64,000 bases of DNA, from NCBI GenBank assembly GCA_963759635.1, contig CAVXAP010000030.1, positions 142,149 to 206,148 of the forward strand, read 5' to 3'. This document shows, piece after piece, positions 45,826-55,183 of this stretch (positions are counted from its first letter, which is position 1; each line of letters begins with the position of its first letter). The position numbers were made by a program, and so were the translations under genes. The DNA comes from an uncultured Actinomycetota bacterium (GTDB lineage: Bacteria > Actinomycetota > Actinomycetes > Propionibacteriales > Propionibacteriaceae). The notes beneath the pieces were generated by a model, which was given only the letters and a program-made list of their open reading frames with translations, did no database searches and was not told the DNA's origin.

Positions 45826-46125
45826 ATGCTTATGATTCTGTACGCCGAGTTCACCGCCAAACCGGGCTCTGAAGCTGAGGTTGAAAAGCTCATCTCCGGC
45901 CTTGCTGAGCAGGTACGGCTTGAGCCCGGCAACACAGAATTCACCGTCTACCGGGAGCGGGACAACCCGCGTAAGTTCTTCGTCTTCGAGCAATACCTGG
46001 ATGAGGCCAGTTTCGACGCCCACATCAGTGCTGAGTACGGTCTGATCTTCAACCAGCAGCTCAGCAGCCTCATTGAAGAGGGCGAGTCCCAGCTCACCTG
46101 GCTCACGCGATTCAACCCACTCTGA
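45826..46125 (+). CDS. Antibiotic-biosynthesis-monooxygenase (ABM / YgiN-like) domain protein
   Basis: About 99 aa. ILYAEFTAKPG...FVFEQYLDEASFDAHISAEY is typical of an ABM ferredoxin-like fold. Confidence 0.75.
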   Translation: MLMILYAEFTAKPGSEAEVEKLISGLAEQVRLEPGNTEFTVYRERDNPRKFFVFEQYLDEASFDAHISAEYGLIFNQQLSSLIEEGESQLTWLTRFNPL

Positions 46126-46682
46126 CGATCACTCGCAGGCCGATGAGGCGCTACTGGTCCGGGCACATGCAAGCTGTGCTTGGAGGACGACAGCTGTCGG
46201 AAGCGAACCGACAATGTCGCCGCTTCGATGCACAGCAAGCGCCATGACCAAAGCCACGGGATTCGCGGTGGCGACGGGCAGCGCGCTGATCGGAGCGTGG
46301 CTGGGGGTTCCACGTAACGATCGGACTCTTCACTATCTTGACAGTGATCGTTGGCGCTGCCGTGGTCAAACCTGATCATCCTCGCCCTCGACATGCTGGG
46401 CGACCGCCGCATGCTACGGAACGGGACTAACACTGCTTTCGTCCGCCTCACTGCCCGCGGGCGTGGCGGTGGCTGGTGATTGGCGCCCGGGTCCTGGACA
46501 GCTTCAGGGCGGCGATTCTCCCACCGCTGCCCTTGGTTCGTCGCCATCAGTGCCTCTCGCTGCCCATCGCCAATCAGCTGCCCATGCCGAGAGGTGCAGC
46601 TGTGATGGCGGCCCCTGGGTTTGAGTTCGGCCTCGCCGATGCCTGGCAAATGGGACACGCGACCGATCGCTAACATCGATCT

Positions 46683-47117
46683 GTGACTGGCATTTCTCTC
46701 CCTCAGGAAGCCCGCGCACTCCTCGAGAGCGACGCCGTCGCGCACGTCGTCACGCTTGACGAGGACGGAGGGCCGCAGGTGACGGCCGCGTGGGTCGGGC
46801 TCGATGGTGATGAGATCGTCTTCGCGACACTGCCGGACCAGCGGAAGCTCAGGAACCTCCGCCGCGACCCCCGCATCGCGCTGTCGATCCCCACGACCAT
46901 CACGAACGAGTGGGGATTGCTCGAATATCTCGTCGTGTACGGCACCGCGCGCGTGACCGAGGGTGGTGCCGCCGAGCTCCTCCAGCGCCTCGCCCACACC
47001 TATCTCGGACCCGACGTCATCTTCCCGGGAATGCCAGATCCCCCGCCCGGGTACGTCACCAGAATCACGCTCGAGCGCTTCGGCGGCGTCGGGCCATGGA
47101 ACCCACCCCGCCGCTGA
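46683..47117 (+). CDS. PPOX-class (pyridoxamine 5'-phosphate oxidase-like), probably F420-dependent, protein
   Basis: ARALLESDAVAHVVTLDEDGGPQVTAAWVGLDGDEIVFATLPDQRKLRNLRRDPRIALS is the typical PPOX split-barrel N-terminal half. Confidence 0.8.
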   Translation: MTGISLPQEARALLESDAVAHVVTLDEDGGPQVTAAWVGLDGDEIVFATLPDQRKLRNLRRDPRIALSIPTTITNEWGLLEYLVVYGTARVTEGGAAELLQRLAHTYLGPDVIFPGMPDPPPGYVTRITLERFGGVGPWNPPRR

Positions 47118-47552
47118 ACCTCACCAATCGGGGCAGCAGCGGACCGACACACTGCTCTGCGCATTGCTGCCGTGCATCTACATCGCCTACAAGCCTCGTT
47201 AGCGGACGACACCCACGGCTTTCAATGTCGTCGAACCGGCGGGCTTGGTGCCGATGACTCCTACTGGCCGCTGCGCCCCAGCGAGATCGAGCGGCCAGGG
47301 ACTGGGGTAATGGCTGGTGTGCCGGTAGGTTACTAGCGCTCCACCCCTTTCAGGATTGGGTAAGGCCCATTTCCTCAAGCGGGTTGGAACGCAGAGTCGC
47401 CGCTCAGGAAGTGGACTCGAGACTGAGGGCTGGTAACGGCCACGACGGCTCGACCGCCGCGATTCGGCATACGTTGGGTGTGTTCGAGCAGTGCCCGTTC
47501 GCGTCCTGCGGCGGCCTGGCATCGAGAAGCCTGAGAAGGAGGACCGGTCACC

Positions 47553-48281
47553 ATGAGCGACAGCCCAGAACCTCCTGCGGTGCATGCGGCCGAGCCACAC
47601 GTCGGTGGCCTGGGCCAGAGGCTCAACTGGCTCCGGGCTGGGGTGCTCGGGGCGAACGACGGCATCGTATCGACTGCCGGTCTGGTCGTCGGAGTGGCGG
47701 CGGCGACGCCGCATACAGGCCCGATCCTGACCGCCGGCGTTGCCGGCTTGGTGGCCGGAGCTGTGTCGATGGCCTTGGGTGAGTACGTGTCCGTCAGTAC
47801 CCAGCGCGACACCGAGCGGGCGCTGCTGGTGAAGGAGCGGCGCGAGCTCGAGGAGATGCCTGAAGCGGAACTCGAAGAGCTGACCGCGATCTACGTCGCC
47901 AAAGGAGCCAGCATCGAGACGGCCCGAAAGCTGGCTGAGGAGCTGACCGCCCACGACGCTTTCGCCGCCCACGTCGAGGCCGAACTCGGGATCGACCCGA
48001 ACGAGCTGACCAGCCCGTGGCACGCCGCATTTTCGTCGGCGGTCGCGTTCACAGCCGGCTCGATCCTGCCTATCCTGGCGATCCTCATGCCGCCGACCGG
48101 CGCGCGCATCCCGGTCACGTTCGCGGTGGTGCTGCTGGCTTTGGCTTTGACGGGTGCCCTGAGTGCCTACCTTGGCGGCGCCCGATGGGGCCCAGCTGTG
48201 ATCCGTCTGGTTTCCGGAGGAGCGATTGCGATGGCCGTGACTTTCGGCGTTGGTCAACTTCTCGGCACCGCCGGGATTTGA
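47553..48281 (+). CDS. VIT1/CCC1-family iron/manganese transporter
   Basis: AAGGAGG RBS. LNWLRAGVLGANDGIVSTAGLVVGVAAA, a central acidic helix region (EERRELEEMPEAELEE) and C-terminal TM helices. Confidence 0.85.
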   Translation: MSDSPEPPAVHAAEPHVGGLGQRLNWLRAGVLGANDGIVSTAGLVVGVAAATPHTGPILTAGVAGLVAGAVSMALGEYVSVSTQRDTERALLVKERRELEEMPEAELEELTAIYVAKGASIETARKLAEELTAHDAFAAHVEAELGIDPNELTSPWHAAFSSAVAFTAGSILPILAILMPPTGARIPVTFAVVLLALALTGALSAYLGGARWGPAVIRLVSGGAIAMAVTFGVGQLLGTAGI

Positions 48282-48565
48282 TGGTTGCTGACCGGCACCG
48301 GTGCAAGATCAGTCACTGTATCGGCCTCGACAGGTCGCGGCGCAGACAGACGGTCTCGGCGATCACGTAGGCATCCTTCGCCGATCTTGCCCTCACTGGT
48401 GTAACCGGCGCTCATCGTATTCACCACCCGCCCGGACACGTACAACACGCGGCTCCGCTGCTCTGGTAGCGACGACGCGCCGTTTCAACGGCGGGGACAG
48501 GTGAACCGCTTGCCCGGCCCTGACGTTCGTAAATGCATAACCGCTTTGTTTCGAAAGGAACATTA

Positions 48566-48973
48566 ATGAAGCCTCTGCGCGGGCTGATTCTTACCGCCGC
48601 TGCTGTAATCCTGGCCGGTTGCAGTAGCGGAAGTAGCAATCCCGCAACAACCACTGTCCCATCCACTTCGGCTGGCACTACCGCCGGCGCAGCCGGAACG
48701 GCGATGACGGTCACCGAGTCGGAGTTCACGATCACACTGCCGTCGAAGACACTTTCCGCTGGAACCTATACCTTCAAGGTGACCAACAAGGGCAAATTCG
48801 ACCACGACCTCGTCGTCGACGGTGCGGGCGTACAAGACAAGACCAGCCCGATCATCCCGCCCGGAAGCACCGGCGACCTCACCGTTACCCTGCAGAAAGG
48901 CTCCTATGAGTTCTATTGCTCGGTCGACGGTCATAAAGATATGGGAATGGATGTCACCGTCCAGGTGACGTAA
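48566..48973 (+). CDS. Cupredoxin-like copper-binding lipoprotein
   Basis: Lipobox ILAGC. The C-terminal FYCSVDGHKDMGM carries type-1 Cu ligands (C, H, M), with an upstream FDHDL His. Confidence 0.8.
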   Translation: MKPLRGLILTAAAVILAGCSSGSSNPATTTVPSTSAGTTAGAAGTAMTVTESEFTITLPSKTLSAGTYTFKVTNKGKFDHDLVVDGAGVQDKTSPIIPPGSTGDLTVTLQKGSYEFYCSVDGHKDMGMDVTVQVT

Positions 48974-49546
48974 CCCAACTTCCGGTGTCTCATCGGGGGT
49001 GAACGATGACTGGCTGCTCCAAGAAAGATCCGTGCCGGATGCGGGACTTCGACATGGAGCACACACTTGAGGACCGACGGCGTCTATAGATCAGGTGTGG
49101 CGGCAAGCTGCGCTGAGGCCACGTCGAGGTTTAGGGCGCTGGTGATCCTCCGCCGCCTTCACCGACCTGCGGCGGGGCGCGCCGGTGACTCTCCCCGGGG
49201 GAGATGTTGATCTTGAAAGCCGAGTTGTACACCTTGTGAGAAAGTTGCTGAGCGGCAGAACGGCGAACGGGTTCCGGGCAGGCCGAAGTCAGACGCCACT
49301 TTCCGCACAGTGGCCTTGCCCTACCGGATGAAAGCCAACGTCGCGCCGGCGAAGGCCACGTCGACCAGCCGGTTGACCGGGGACGATCGGCTTGGACAAG
49401 GACTCGGCCACCCAGCCGATCCAGAGCTGCCAACCTGCCGCTCACCGACTGTGTGGGACGCTCTATTTGGACGCGTTCGGGGCCGCACGCGTAGTGGCTG
49501 AGACTGCCTACCGTCGACTCGTCACGCGAGGGAGGATGGTGGTGCT

Positions 49547-50035
49547 ATGCCGCGGAAGCAACGATTGACCTGGACTGTGGTGGTTTGGCTCGCCGTGGTC
49601 GTCACAGGCTTGGCCAGCCTTGTCGTGCTCGGTGGCGGCACGGCGCTGTGGCTGGTCGAGGGTGAGCGGCCCGATAGCACGATCCGCTCCTGGGGTGACG
49701 CGCTGTGGTGGTCGCTTACCACCCTGACGACGGTCGGCTATGGCGACCACGTTCCCGTAACAGCGACCGGTCGTTTGATTGCCGCCGGTGTCATGGTGGC
49801 GGGGGTGGCAGTCATCGGTGCCGTGGCGGCAATCGTCGCTCTTGCGGTGGCCCTTCGAGTCGCTCGCGAGGAGGAGCTGGCATTCGAAGCAGCAGCGGAA
49901 ATCCTGGAGCAGCGCCTCGACGAGCGCCTTGCTAGGATCGAGGCACAGCTGACTGGCCTGGATGCGCGCCTGCAAGCGCGGGCGGCCGTCGCAGTCAATG
50001 ATGCCGCCGTTCGCAGTGGACGAGACGATCAGTAG
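49547..50035 (+). CDS. Two-TM potassium channel (KcsA-like) with a C-terminal helical extension
   Basis: GGGAGG RBS. Selectivity filter TTVGYGD between two TM helices. The tail is charged and coiled-coil-like. Confidence 0.85.
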   Translation: MPRKQRLTWTVVVWLAVVVTGLASLVVLGGGTALWLVEGERPDSTIRSWGDALWWSLTTLTTVGYGDHVPVTATGRLIAAGVMVAGVAVIGAVAAIVALAVALRVAREEELAFEAAAEILEQRLDERLARIEAQLTGLDARLQARAAVAVNDAAVRSGRDDQ

Positions 50036-50254
50036 CGGTTGGACGGGGTCCAAATCTGGGACTGGGTGGTCGGATCGACCGGTAGAGCTATGGGCTGTAC
50101 GCCGTTGATGAGCTGGTCGGCGGCGGTGTCCCGTCGCCGTCGGCACCAAGATCGGGGTGAGCGCAAATGCCCCGTACCTCGACACGTGGTCCTGCGGGCC
50201 GACAACGATCTCACCCAAGGAAGGCGGGACCGGCCTCGGTACGAGCGGGTTGCG

Positions 50255-51601
50255 TCAGGTCTTGGCCCCGGCGGCCGGGGTCCCTCGCCCTGTTACCTGA
50301 ATAGGGTTCGGGGGCGCGATGATCAGTGGGCAGTGCGTTTGTCCCATGACATGGCGAGCTAGCGAACGGAGCCACGAGCCCCATCCGGAATGGTGCGGTC
50401 GGCCAACCACCAACACAGCCGCTGACCGCGACCAGCGCACCAACTCGGCATCCGGATCGCCCGAGACCAGCATCGTCGAGACGGTTACTTCGGGGTGGTC
50501 TTGCTTCCATGTGGAGAGCAGAACCGCGACGTCAAATCCAGCCGCTGCTATATCGCGAGCCGATGTGCCTATGGGCTCGGCGTGCAAGACAACCAACCGG
50601 GTCTGGCGGAGCTGCGCCTCCCGAAACGCCACACCCAAGGCAGATTCCGCGCTGGGCTCTCTATCGAGGGCCACCACAACCGGCTGCCGCTTACCGACGT
50701 GGCCTGTGTGCCAGCCACGGGGAACGACGACCAGCGGACAGGCGACCCGTGGTGCGACTTGTGAGGTGACCGCTCCTCGAAGAATCCTGTCCCCCCACGA
50801 CACGTCGTCGCAGCCGAGCACCAGCATCTCGGCGTGTCGTGCGGCGAACTTAAGTACCGCTGTGGGGTCGCCGGGCTCGACCAGGGTGTGCACATGAACG
50901 CGCGGGGATGTGGGCAGCTGTGCGGTCACGGTGGCCACCAGCTGCTCGGCTTCGGTGTGGGAGGCCGTCAAGGCTGCCACCGTTTCACGGGCCGCCAACG
51001 GTGGGGGCGGCGGGAACGCGTGAACCAGCAGCAGGTCGCAGCCGCGCATCTCGGCAACCGCTTCCGCATACCGCGCAGCCGCCAGCGATTCCGCAGAGCC
51101 ATCTACCCCGGCCACCACGGGTGGATTGCGCGATGTCTCCACTCCGCTCGTCTTTGCCGAGGACTCCGCCTTTGCTGCGGCGGCCTTGGCGGTCTGCTCA
51201 GATAGCTCGTCCTGCGCGCTGGCAGCAGAATGATCATGATCGGGCGATGGCACCGCGACGACCGGACAGGCAGCATGGCTGATGCAGTAGTGGCACACCG
51301 ACCCCACCGACCGCTGACCGTGCTCGCGGGTGCCGACTACCAGAAGCCCCGCATCCTTCGACTGCCGCACCAGGACTTCGCCGGCGTACCCGCTCAGAAA
51401 TTCCAGGGCCCAGTTCGGATGCGGAGACACCGCCTCAAACACCGCCGTGATTGCCTGGCGGTGGGGGTCCTCCAGCCTTCCGGAGAACACATGCACAGCG
51501 CGCAACACTCCGTCTGTGCTTTCCGCACGCTCTGCTGCCCACTGCAACGCGAGCATGCTCGACGGCGAGCCGTCCAGCCCCACCACGATTTCGTTGCTCA
51601 T
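50255..51601 (-). CDS. Universal stress protein with three USP domains (paralog of 24120-25544)
   Basis: MSNEIVVGLDGSPSS...CPVVAVP, then PVVAGVDGSAES...CPLVVVP, then PVVVALDREPSA...CPLIIAP. Same architecture and linker position as paralog 1. Confidence 0.88.
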   Translation of the reverse strand: MSNEIVVGLDGSPSSMLALQWAAERAESTDGVLRAVHVFSGRLEDPHRQAITAVFEAVSPHPNWALEFLSGYAGEVLVRQSKDAGLLVVGTREHGQRSVGSVCHYCISHAACPVVAVPSPDHDHSAASAQDELSEQTAKAAAAKAESSAKTSGVETSRNPPVVAGVDGSAESLAAARYAEAVAEMRGCDLLLVHAFPPPPPLAARETVAALTASHTEAEQLVATVTAQLPTSPRVHVHTLVEPGDPTAVLKFAARHAEMLVLGCDDVSWGDRILRGAVTSQVAPRVACPLVVVPRGWHTGHVGKRQPVVVALDREPSAESALGVAFREAQLRQTRLVVLHAEPIGTSARDIAAAGFDVAVLLSTWKQDHPEVTVSTMLVSGDPDAELVRWSRSAAVLVVGRPHHSGWGSWLRSLARHVMGQTHCPLIIAPPNPIQVTGRGTPAAGAKT

Positions 51602-51693
51602 CCCGCACCTCCTCGTGCCGGGCCAACGTCCGATGCTTCCGATGCTGCCCGCCACTGCGCCGAGAACCCACGGCCCTTCGTCGGGGGTCTAGG

Positions 51694-51707
51694 AGGACCT
51701 TCGTCCC
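51694..51707. promoter_or_regulatory. DosR/DevR-like box AGGACCTTCGTCCC (GGGACGAAGGTCCT on the minus strand)
   Basis: 93 nt upstream of the USP start at 51601, against 95 nt for its paralog. It also lies 237 nt upstream of the divergent 2TM gene. Confidence 0.55.
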
Positions 51708-51943
51708 TTGGATCGCAAACAGCGGCTTCGAGGCCTGCGCTGACCTAAAAGGGCTGCCTGCGATGACCACCGACGCTCTGTCTTCCCCCAGGGTGGTGGG
51801 TCGCTCGGCGGAGCATGCTCAAAGAGAATGGGGACGTAATTCGCCCAGCAAGGGGCCGAATGCCTCTGCCCAGGCCATCGCTATAGCGCCATGATGATTA
51901 TGAGGTCGATTTCCACCGGCTGAGGTGAAAGGAGGCGGTGGTG

Positions 51944-52246
51944 ATGACGACCGAGTACAAGGTCTATAAGCCGACTAACGGTGATACCTCCGAGGATGAG
52001 CTGCGGCGGCGCGCAGTGAAGCGGCTCCGGGCCAAGGCGGGTTTCTGGACGCACCTTGCGGTCTACCTTGCGGTTAACGCCTTTCTCGTCATGATCTGGT
52101 TCTTCACCGGGGCAGGCTTCTTCTGGCCCATCTTCCCGATTGGCGGCTGGGGGATTGGGCTCGCGGCGAATGCCTGGGATGTTTTCGGAAGCGAGCCGGT
52201 CACGGAGGAGCGAATCCAACGCGAGTTGGACCACCTGCGTCGATAA
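51944..52246 (+). CDS. 2TM-domain small membrane protein
   Basis: AAAGGAGG RBS. RRRAVKRLRAKAGFWTHLAVYLAVNAFLVMIWF...GGWGIGLAANAW matches the 2TM-domain family. Confidence 0.75.
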   Translation: MTTEYKVYKPTNGDTSEDELRRRAVKRLRAKAGFWTHLAVYLAVNAFLVMIWFFTGAGFFWPIFPIGGWGIGLAANAWDVFGSEPVTEERIQRELDHLRR

Positions 52247-52282
52247 CCAAGAGTCGGTGACTCGTCACTTCACACAACGCCT

Positions 52283-52308
52283 GCCGGGCCGGTCATTGAC
52301 CGCCCGGC
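52283..52308 (+). terminator. Candidate intrinsic terminator hairpin
   Basis: GCCGGGCCGGTC-ATT-GACCGCCCGGC: an 11-bp GC-rich stem with one bulge and a 3-nt loop, 37 nt after the 2TM stop, followed by a T-containing tract (aagtttgcccgttt). Confidence 0.45.
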
Positions 52309-52512
52309 CAAGTTTGCCCGTTTCATGTGTCGAGTTGCGCTCGCTTGCTTATGTCCCCTGAGGGTCGGGGAGAGCCAGGGGCGGAGGATTTGAGGCTCCA
52401 GAGTCCCGGCACACGCCCGGATCCAGTGCGTATGCGGAACAGGGCCGATCGGCCCTAGCCACTCGGGCCGTCTGATCCTCCCTCTGCTGTCGCGCACGTG
52501 TGACATTGAGGC

Positions 52513-52962
52513 ATGGACGTAAGGATTGTCGACCTGCAGGAACAGCCGACGGCAGTCGTGCGCGAGCAGGTCGCGATGAATGCGTTACCGGAGTTCTTCG
52601 GTCGCGCGTTCGCCGCGGTGAGCGCGGCGCTGGAGGCGCAGCGGGTGCAGCCGGCCGGTCCACCGTTCGCCCGCTATCGCGGCGTGCCCACCGAGATTGT
52701 CGATGTCGAGGCGGGTTTTCCGGTGTCGGCAACTGTCACGGCGGCAAACGGGGTTCGGGCCGGCAGCTTGCCGGCGTGCCGCGCCCTTCAGGCGATGCAT
52801 GTCGGCAGCTACGACACCCTTGGTCCGACGTACGAGGCGGTCAAGCAGCGGATACGCGAGGAGGGCCTGAACGCGTCGGATGACATGTGGGAGTACTACC
52901 TCAGCGACCAGTCGACCGACCCTGCAACCTGGCGCACGCTGGTCGTCTGGCCGGTACTCTGA
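52513..52962 (+). CDS. GyrI-like small-molecule-binding domain protein
   Basis: 149 aa. The pattern VDLQEQPTAVVREQV...GPPFARY...VEAGFPV...MHVGSYDTLGPTYEAV is typical of GyrI-like / AraC effector-binding domains. Confidence 0.75.
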   Translation: MDVRIVDLQEQPTAVVREQVAMNALPEFFGRAFAAVSAALEAQRVQPAGPPFARYRGVPTEIVDVEAGFPVSATVTAANGVRAGSLPACRALQAMHVGSYDTLGPTYEAVKQRIREEGLNASDDMWEYYLSDQSTDPATWRTLVVWPVL

Positions 52963-53176
52963 GGCGATCCAATCGCCATCCCGACGGCAGGCGCCTGCGG
53001 CCTTGTCTCGGACCTCGACCGGCGCGATGTCAACGCCATCCTGCATGTCACCTGCTAGCGGCCGGTAGGCAAACAAGCGCAACGGCTTCGTCGCGTTGAC
53101 CGCGGGGGCGCTGCCCGCTATCAGCCGTGCCCGAAGCCAGGCGGTGGGTCCGTTTGGTGCGTGGTCGATCGACTTC

Positions 53177-53190
53177 GGGACCTTGGTCCG
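53177..53190. promoter_or_regulatory. DosR/DevR-like box GGGACCTTGGTCCG, upstream of the DUF523-like gene
   Basis: Perfect left half; the right half GTCCG is 4 of 5. It lies 99 nt upstream of ATG 53289. Confidence 0.45.
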
Positions 53191-53288
53191 CCAGCCGGGA
53201 GCCGTCCGGCAGGTGACCCCGGCCGGCGATCGCGGTCAACTGGTGGCGGGCATGAGTCTGATCTCAATCACTGCGGCCGAGGGCGGCG

Positions 53289-53927
53289 ATGCTGATGAAG
53301 CCGGAGGTTCTGCGTCGAGTCCTAAGCGATGTGCGTTCGGGCCAGGTGGTGTTCGTGTCGCACTGCATGCTGAATCAGAATGTGCGCTACCAGGGCGGTG
53401 CCACGCGACCTGGAGCGGTAGAGGAGGTGGTGGCAAGGCTGCAACGCGCCGGGGTAGGCATCGTCCAGATGCCGTGCCCGGAGCAACGCGTCTGGGGTGG
53501 GGTGGACAAGCGGTACACCATGCCTGCTTACGGGGCTGACCAAACGAAGCTTCGCCGGCTGCGCCGCCCGGCTACCTGGCTGTTCCTGCTCTACACGCGT
53601 TTGGCCTACCGCCGTCTCGCGGGCCAGGTCGCTCGTGATATTGGTGACTACGTCCGGTCCGGCCAATTCGTACAGGCGGTGGTTGGCGTCGGCGGCTCGC
53701 CGTCGTGTGGGGTGCGCACCACGTTGGATCTCAAGGCGGTGCTGCACACTATCGCGGGCTGTGACCCCACCCAGCTGAACACTGATGACTTCAACCGTCG
53801 CGTCATCGCCGCTCACGCGCGAGCGGGTCAAGGCATGTTCATCACTGCGTTGCGCCGGCAGCTGCGACGCCGAGGACTCGAGGTCCCGTTCGACGAACAC
53901 GACCTCCTCGCCGAGATGACTGACTGA
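53289..53927 (+). CDS. DUF523 (TudS-like, putative Fe-S) family protein
   Basis: VSHCMLNQNVRYQGG, MPCPEQ and GSPSCG give three conserved Cys in the DUF523 order. Confidence 0.65.
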   Translation: MLMKPEVLRRVLSDVRSGQVVFVSHCMLNQNVRYQGGATRPGAVEEVVARLQRAGVGIVQMPCPEQRVWGGVDKRYTMPAYGADQTKLRRLRRPATWLFLLYTRLAYRRLAGQVARDIGDYVRSGQFVQAVVGVGGSPSCGVRTTLDLKAVLHTIAGCDPTQLNTDDFNRRVIAAHARAGQGMFITALRRQLRRRGLEVPFDEHDLLAEMTD

Positions 53928-54001
53928 CCTGTTGAATCAGACCGACACGGCTGCTGAGAAATCCCGCCCTCAGGGGTAAAGGACATGTCGGCGCAGCTGG
54001 G

Positions 54002-54721
54002 TTACTGGATCGGCTCGCTGGTCGCAGGTGGTTGCGCCGGACCCTCGGGGTCGACACTGCCCTGGTCGAGCCGGAACGGCGGGTACCGGTCGGTCATCAA
54101 CGCCACATAAACCAGCAGCCGGTAGCCCCACCGATCGATTCCAACTGCCAAATCAAAGAGGCCAGGGGGATAACGCGTAGTGAACAGCAACGCAATAGCC
54201 GCGATCAGTACTGACGCGCCGATCAGGCTGGGGGTGGAATAGGTAACGGCGCGGCCGTCCTGCATGCTTGTGGCCACGACGTAACCGGAGCCGACAAGCG
54301 CACCGACAAGGATGTATTGCGGGAAGGCGAGCAGCCACTTGACCAGCGGCAGCCAACGATTCAGCTGCTGCGGGTAGTCGATGTCCAACCGCGCCGGATA
54401 GTCGGGGACATCGGCGAGCGTGAACGGCGGGTACCGGTCGGTAGCCAGCGCCGCGTAGCCGTAGAAGCTCACCCGCCACGACCACCGAATCACCCCGACG
54501 TTGAAGTCGAACAGGCCCTTCGGGTACCTGGTCGTGAACAAGATCGCGAAGAAGGCGATCACGGTGACAATCCAGAACGCAAGCCACAGGAAAACCAGAA
54601 TGATGTAGTGCGGGATCAGCAGTAACCATTTGACAAGCCACAACCCCCGGCTGGGCTGGTCGAAAAAGCCTCGCACGGAAAGTGGATATGCAACGGAAAG
54701 TGGTTCGGCGGTGGAACTCAT
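54002..54721 (-). CDS. DUF4389-domain membrane protein (two repeats)
   Basis: AAGGAGG RBS before ATG 54721. LIPHYIILVFL...TDRYPPF is repeated twice. Confidence 0.8.
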   Translation of the reverse strand: MSSTAEPLSVAYPLSVRGFFDQPSRGLWLVKWLLLIPHYIILVFLWLAFWIVTVIAFFAILFTTRYPKGLFDFNVGVIRWSWRVSFYGYAALATDRYPPFTLADVPDYPARLDIDYPQQLNRWLPLVKWLLAFPQYILVGALVGSGYVVATSMQDGRAVTYSTPSLIGASVLIAAIALLFTTRYPPGLFDLAVGIDRWGYRLLVYVALMTDRYPPFRLDQGSVDPEGPAQPPATSEPIQ

Positions 54722-54767
54722 GGTGTCCTCCTTGGATACGGCAGACACAACCCGCCGCTTTGTCCAC

Positions 54768-54787
54768 TATCGAGGAAAGCCTCGATA
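54768..54787. promoter_or_regulatory. 20-nt perfect inverted repeat TATCGAGG-AAAG-CCTCGATA
   Basis: 8-bp perfect arms, 47-66 nt upstream of the DUF4389 start. It could be an operator or a 5'-UTR hairpin. Confidence 0.3.
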
Positions 54788-55183
54788 CGGGTCAACGCGA
54801 CGCACGCAGGATGGGGACGGAAACACAGGTCGTAGCTGCCCGACACCGTGGGCTTCCACCCTTTTCGCCGGAATCGCAATCATATTTAGGCAGTTCGACG
54901 CTCGCCACGTGGGCTTTGGAGTGTGGGGTGTCTTTGACGCAGGCGTGATGGGCTGGCGCGCAACAGATCTCAGCGAGAACGACGCACCATTCGGCCTGGG
55001 AACCGGTAGGGCCAGAGGTCGTGAACTCGTAGGCGTTGGAACTCCTGCCGCTGCCACCTGCGGCACGACGTCGCCAAGTCGCACAGTGGCATGGACGCCG
55101 GGGCGAGGGCTTCCAGGCCGAAAGCCTCTCCCCGCGGCCCTAATGCCGTCTTACGTTGCAGATGGGATTTGGAGGTGAGGACC

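Noticed and set aside
46652-46665. GGGACACGCGACCG, a good match to the Acg-type box, just before the PPOX-like gene
   Set aside because: It ends only 18 nt before the GTG start, which is too close for the activator geometry suggested by the other sites (50-125 nt). I keep it as unassigned rather than calling a site. A related half-match, GGGACTAACACTGC at about 46423, has a defective right half.
47118-47552. Possible metal riboswitch (yybP-ykoY type) in the 435-nt leader of the VIT1 exporter
   Set aside because: I could not find the conserved motifs or a convincing four-helix arrangement by eye. A covariance-model scan would be needed, so I make no call.
49131-49445. ORFs in the cupredoxin-to-channel gap, including a frame reading GKATVRKVASDFGLPG that looks faintly like a transposase or HTH leader
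   Set aside because: It is interrupted by stops in every frame, is very short, and has no DDE or recombinase sequence nearby. This is insufficient to call a mobile-element remnant.
52442-52455. Perfect 14-nt palindrome GGGCCGATCGGCCC upstream of the GyrI-like gene
   Set aside because: The half-sites (GGGCC/GGCCC) differ from the recurring box at the discriminating positions. GC-rich palindromes containing GATC or CGATCG are expected by chance in DNA of this composition.
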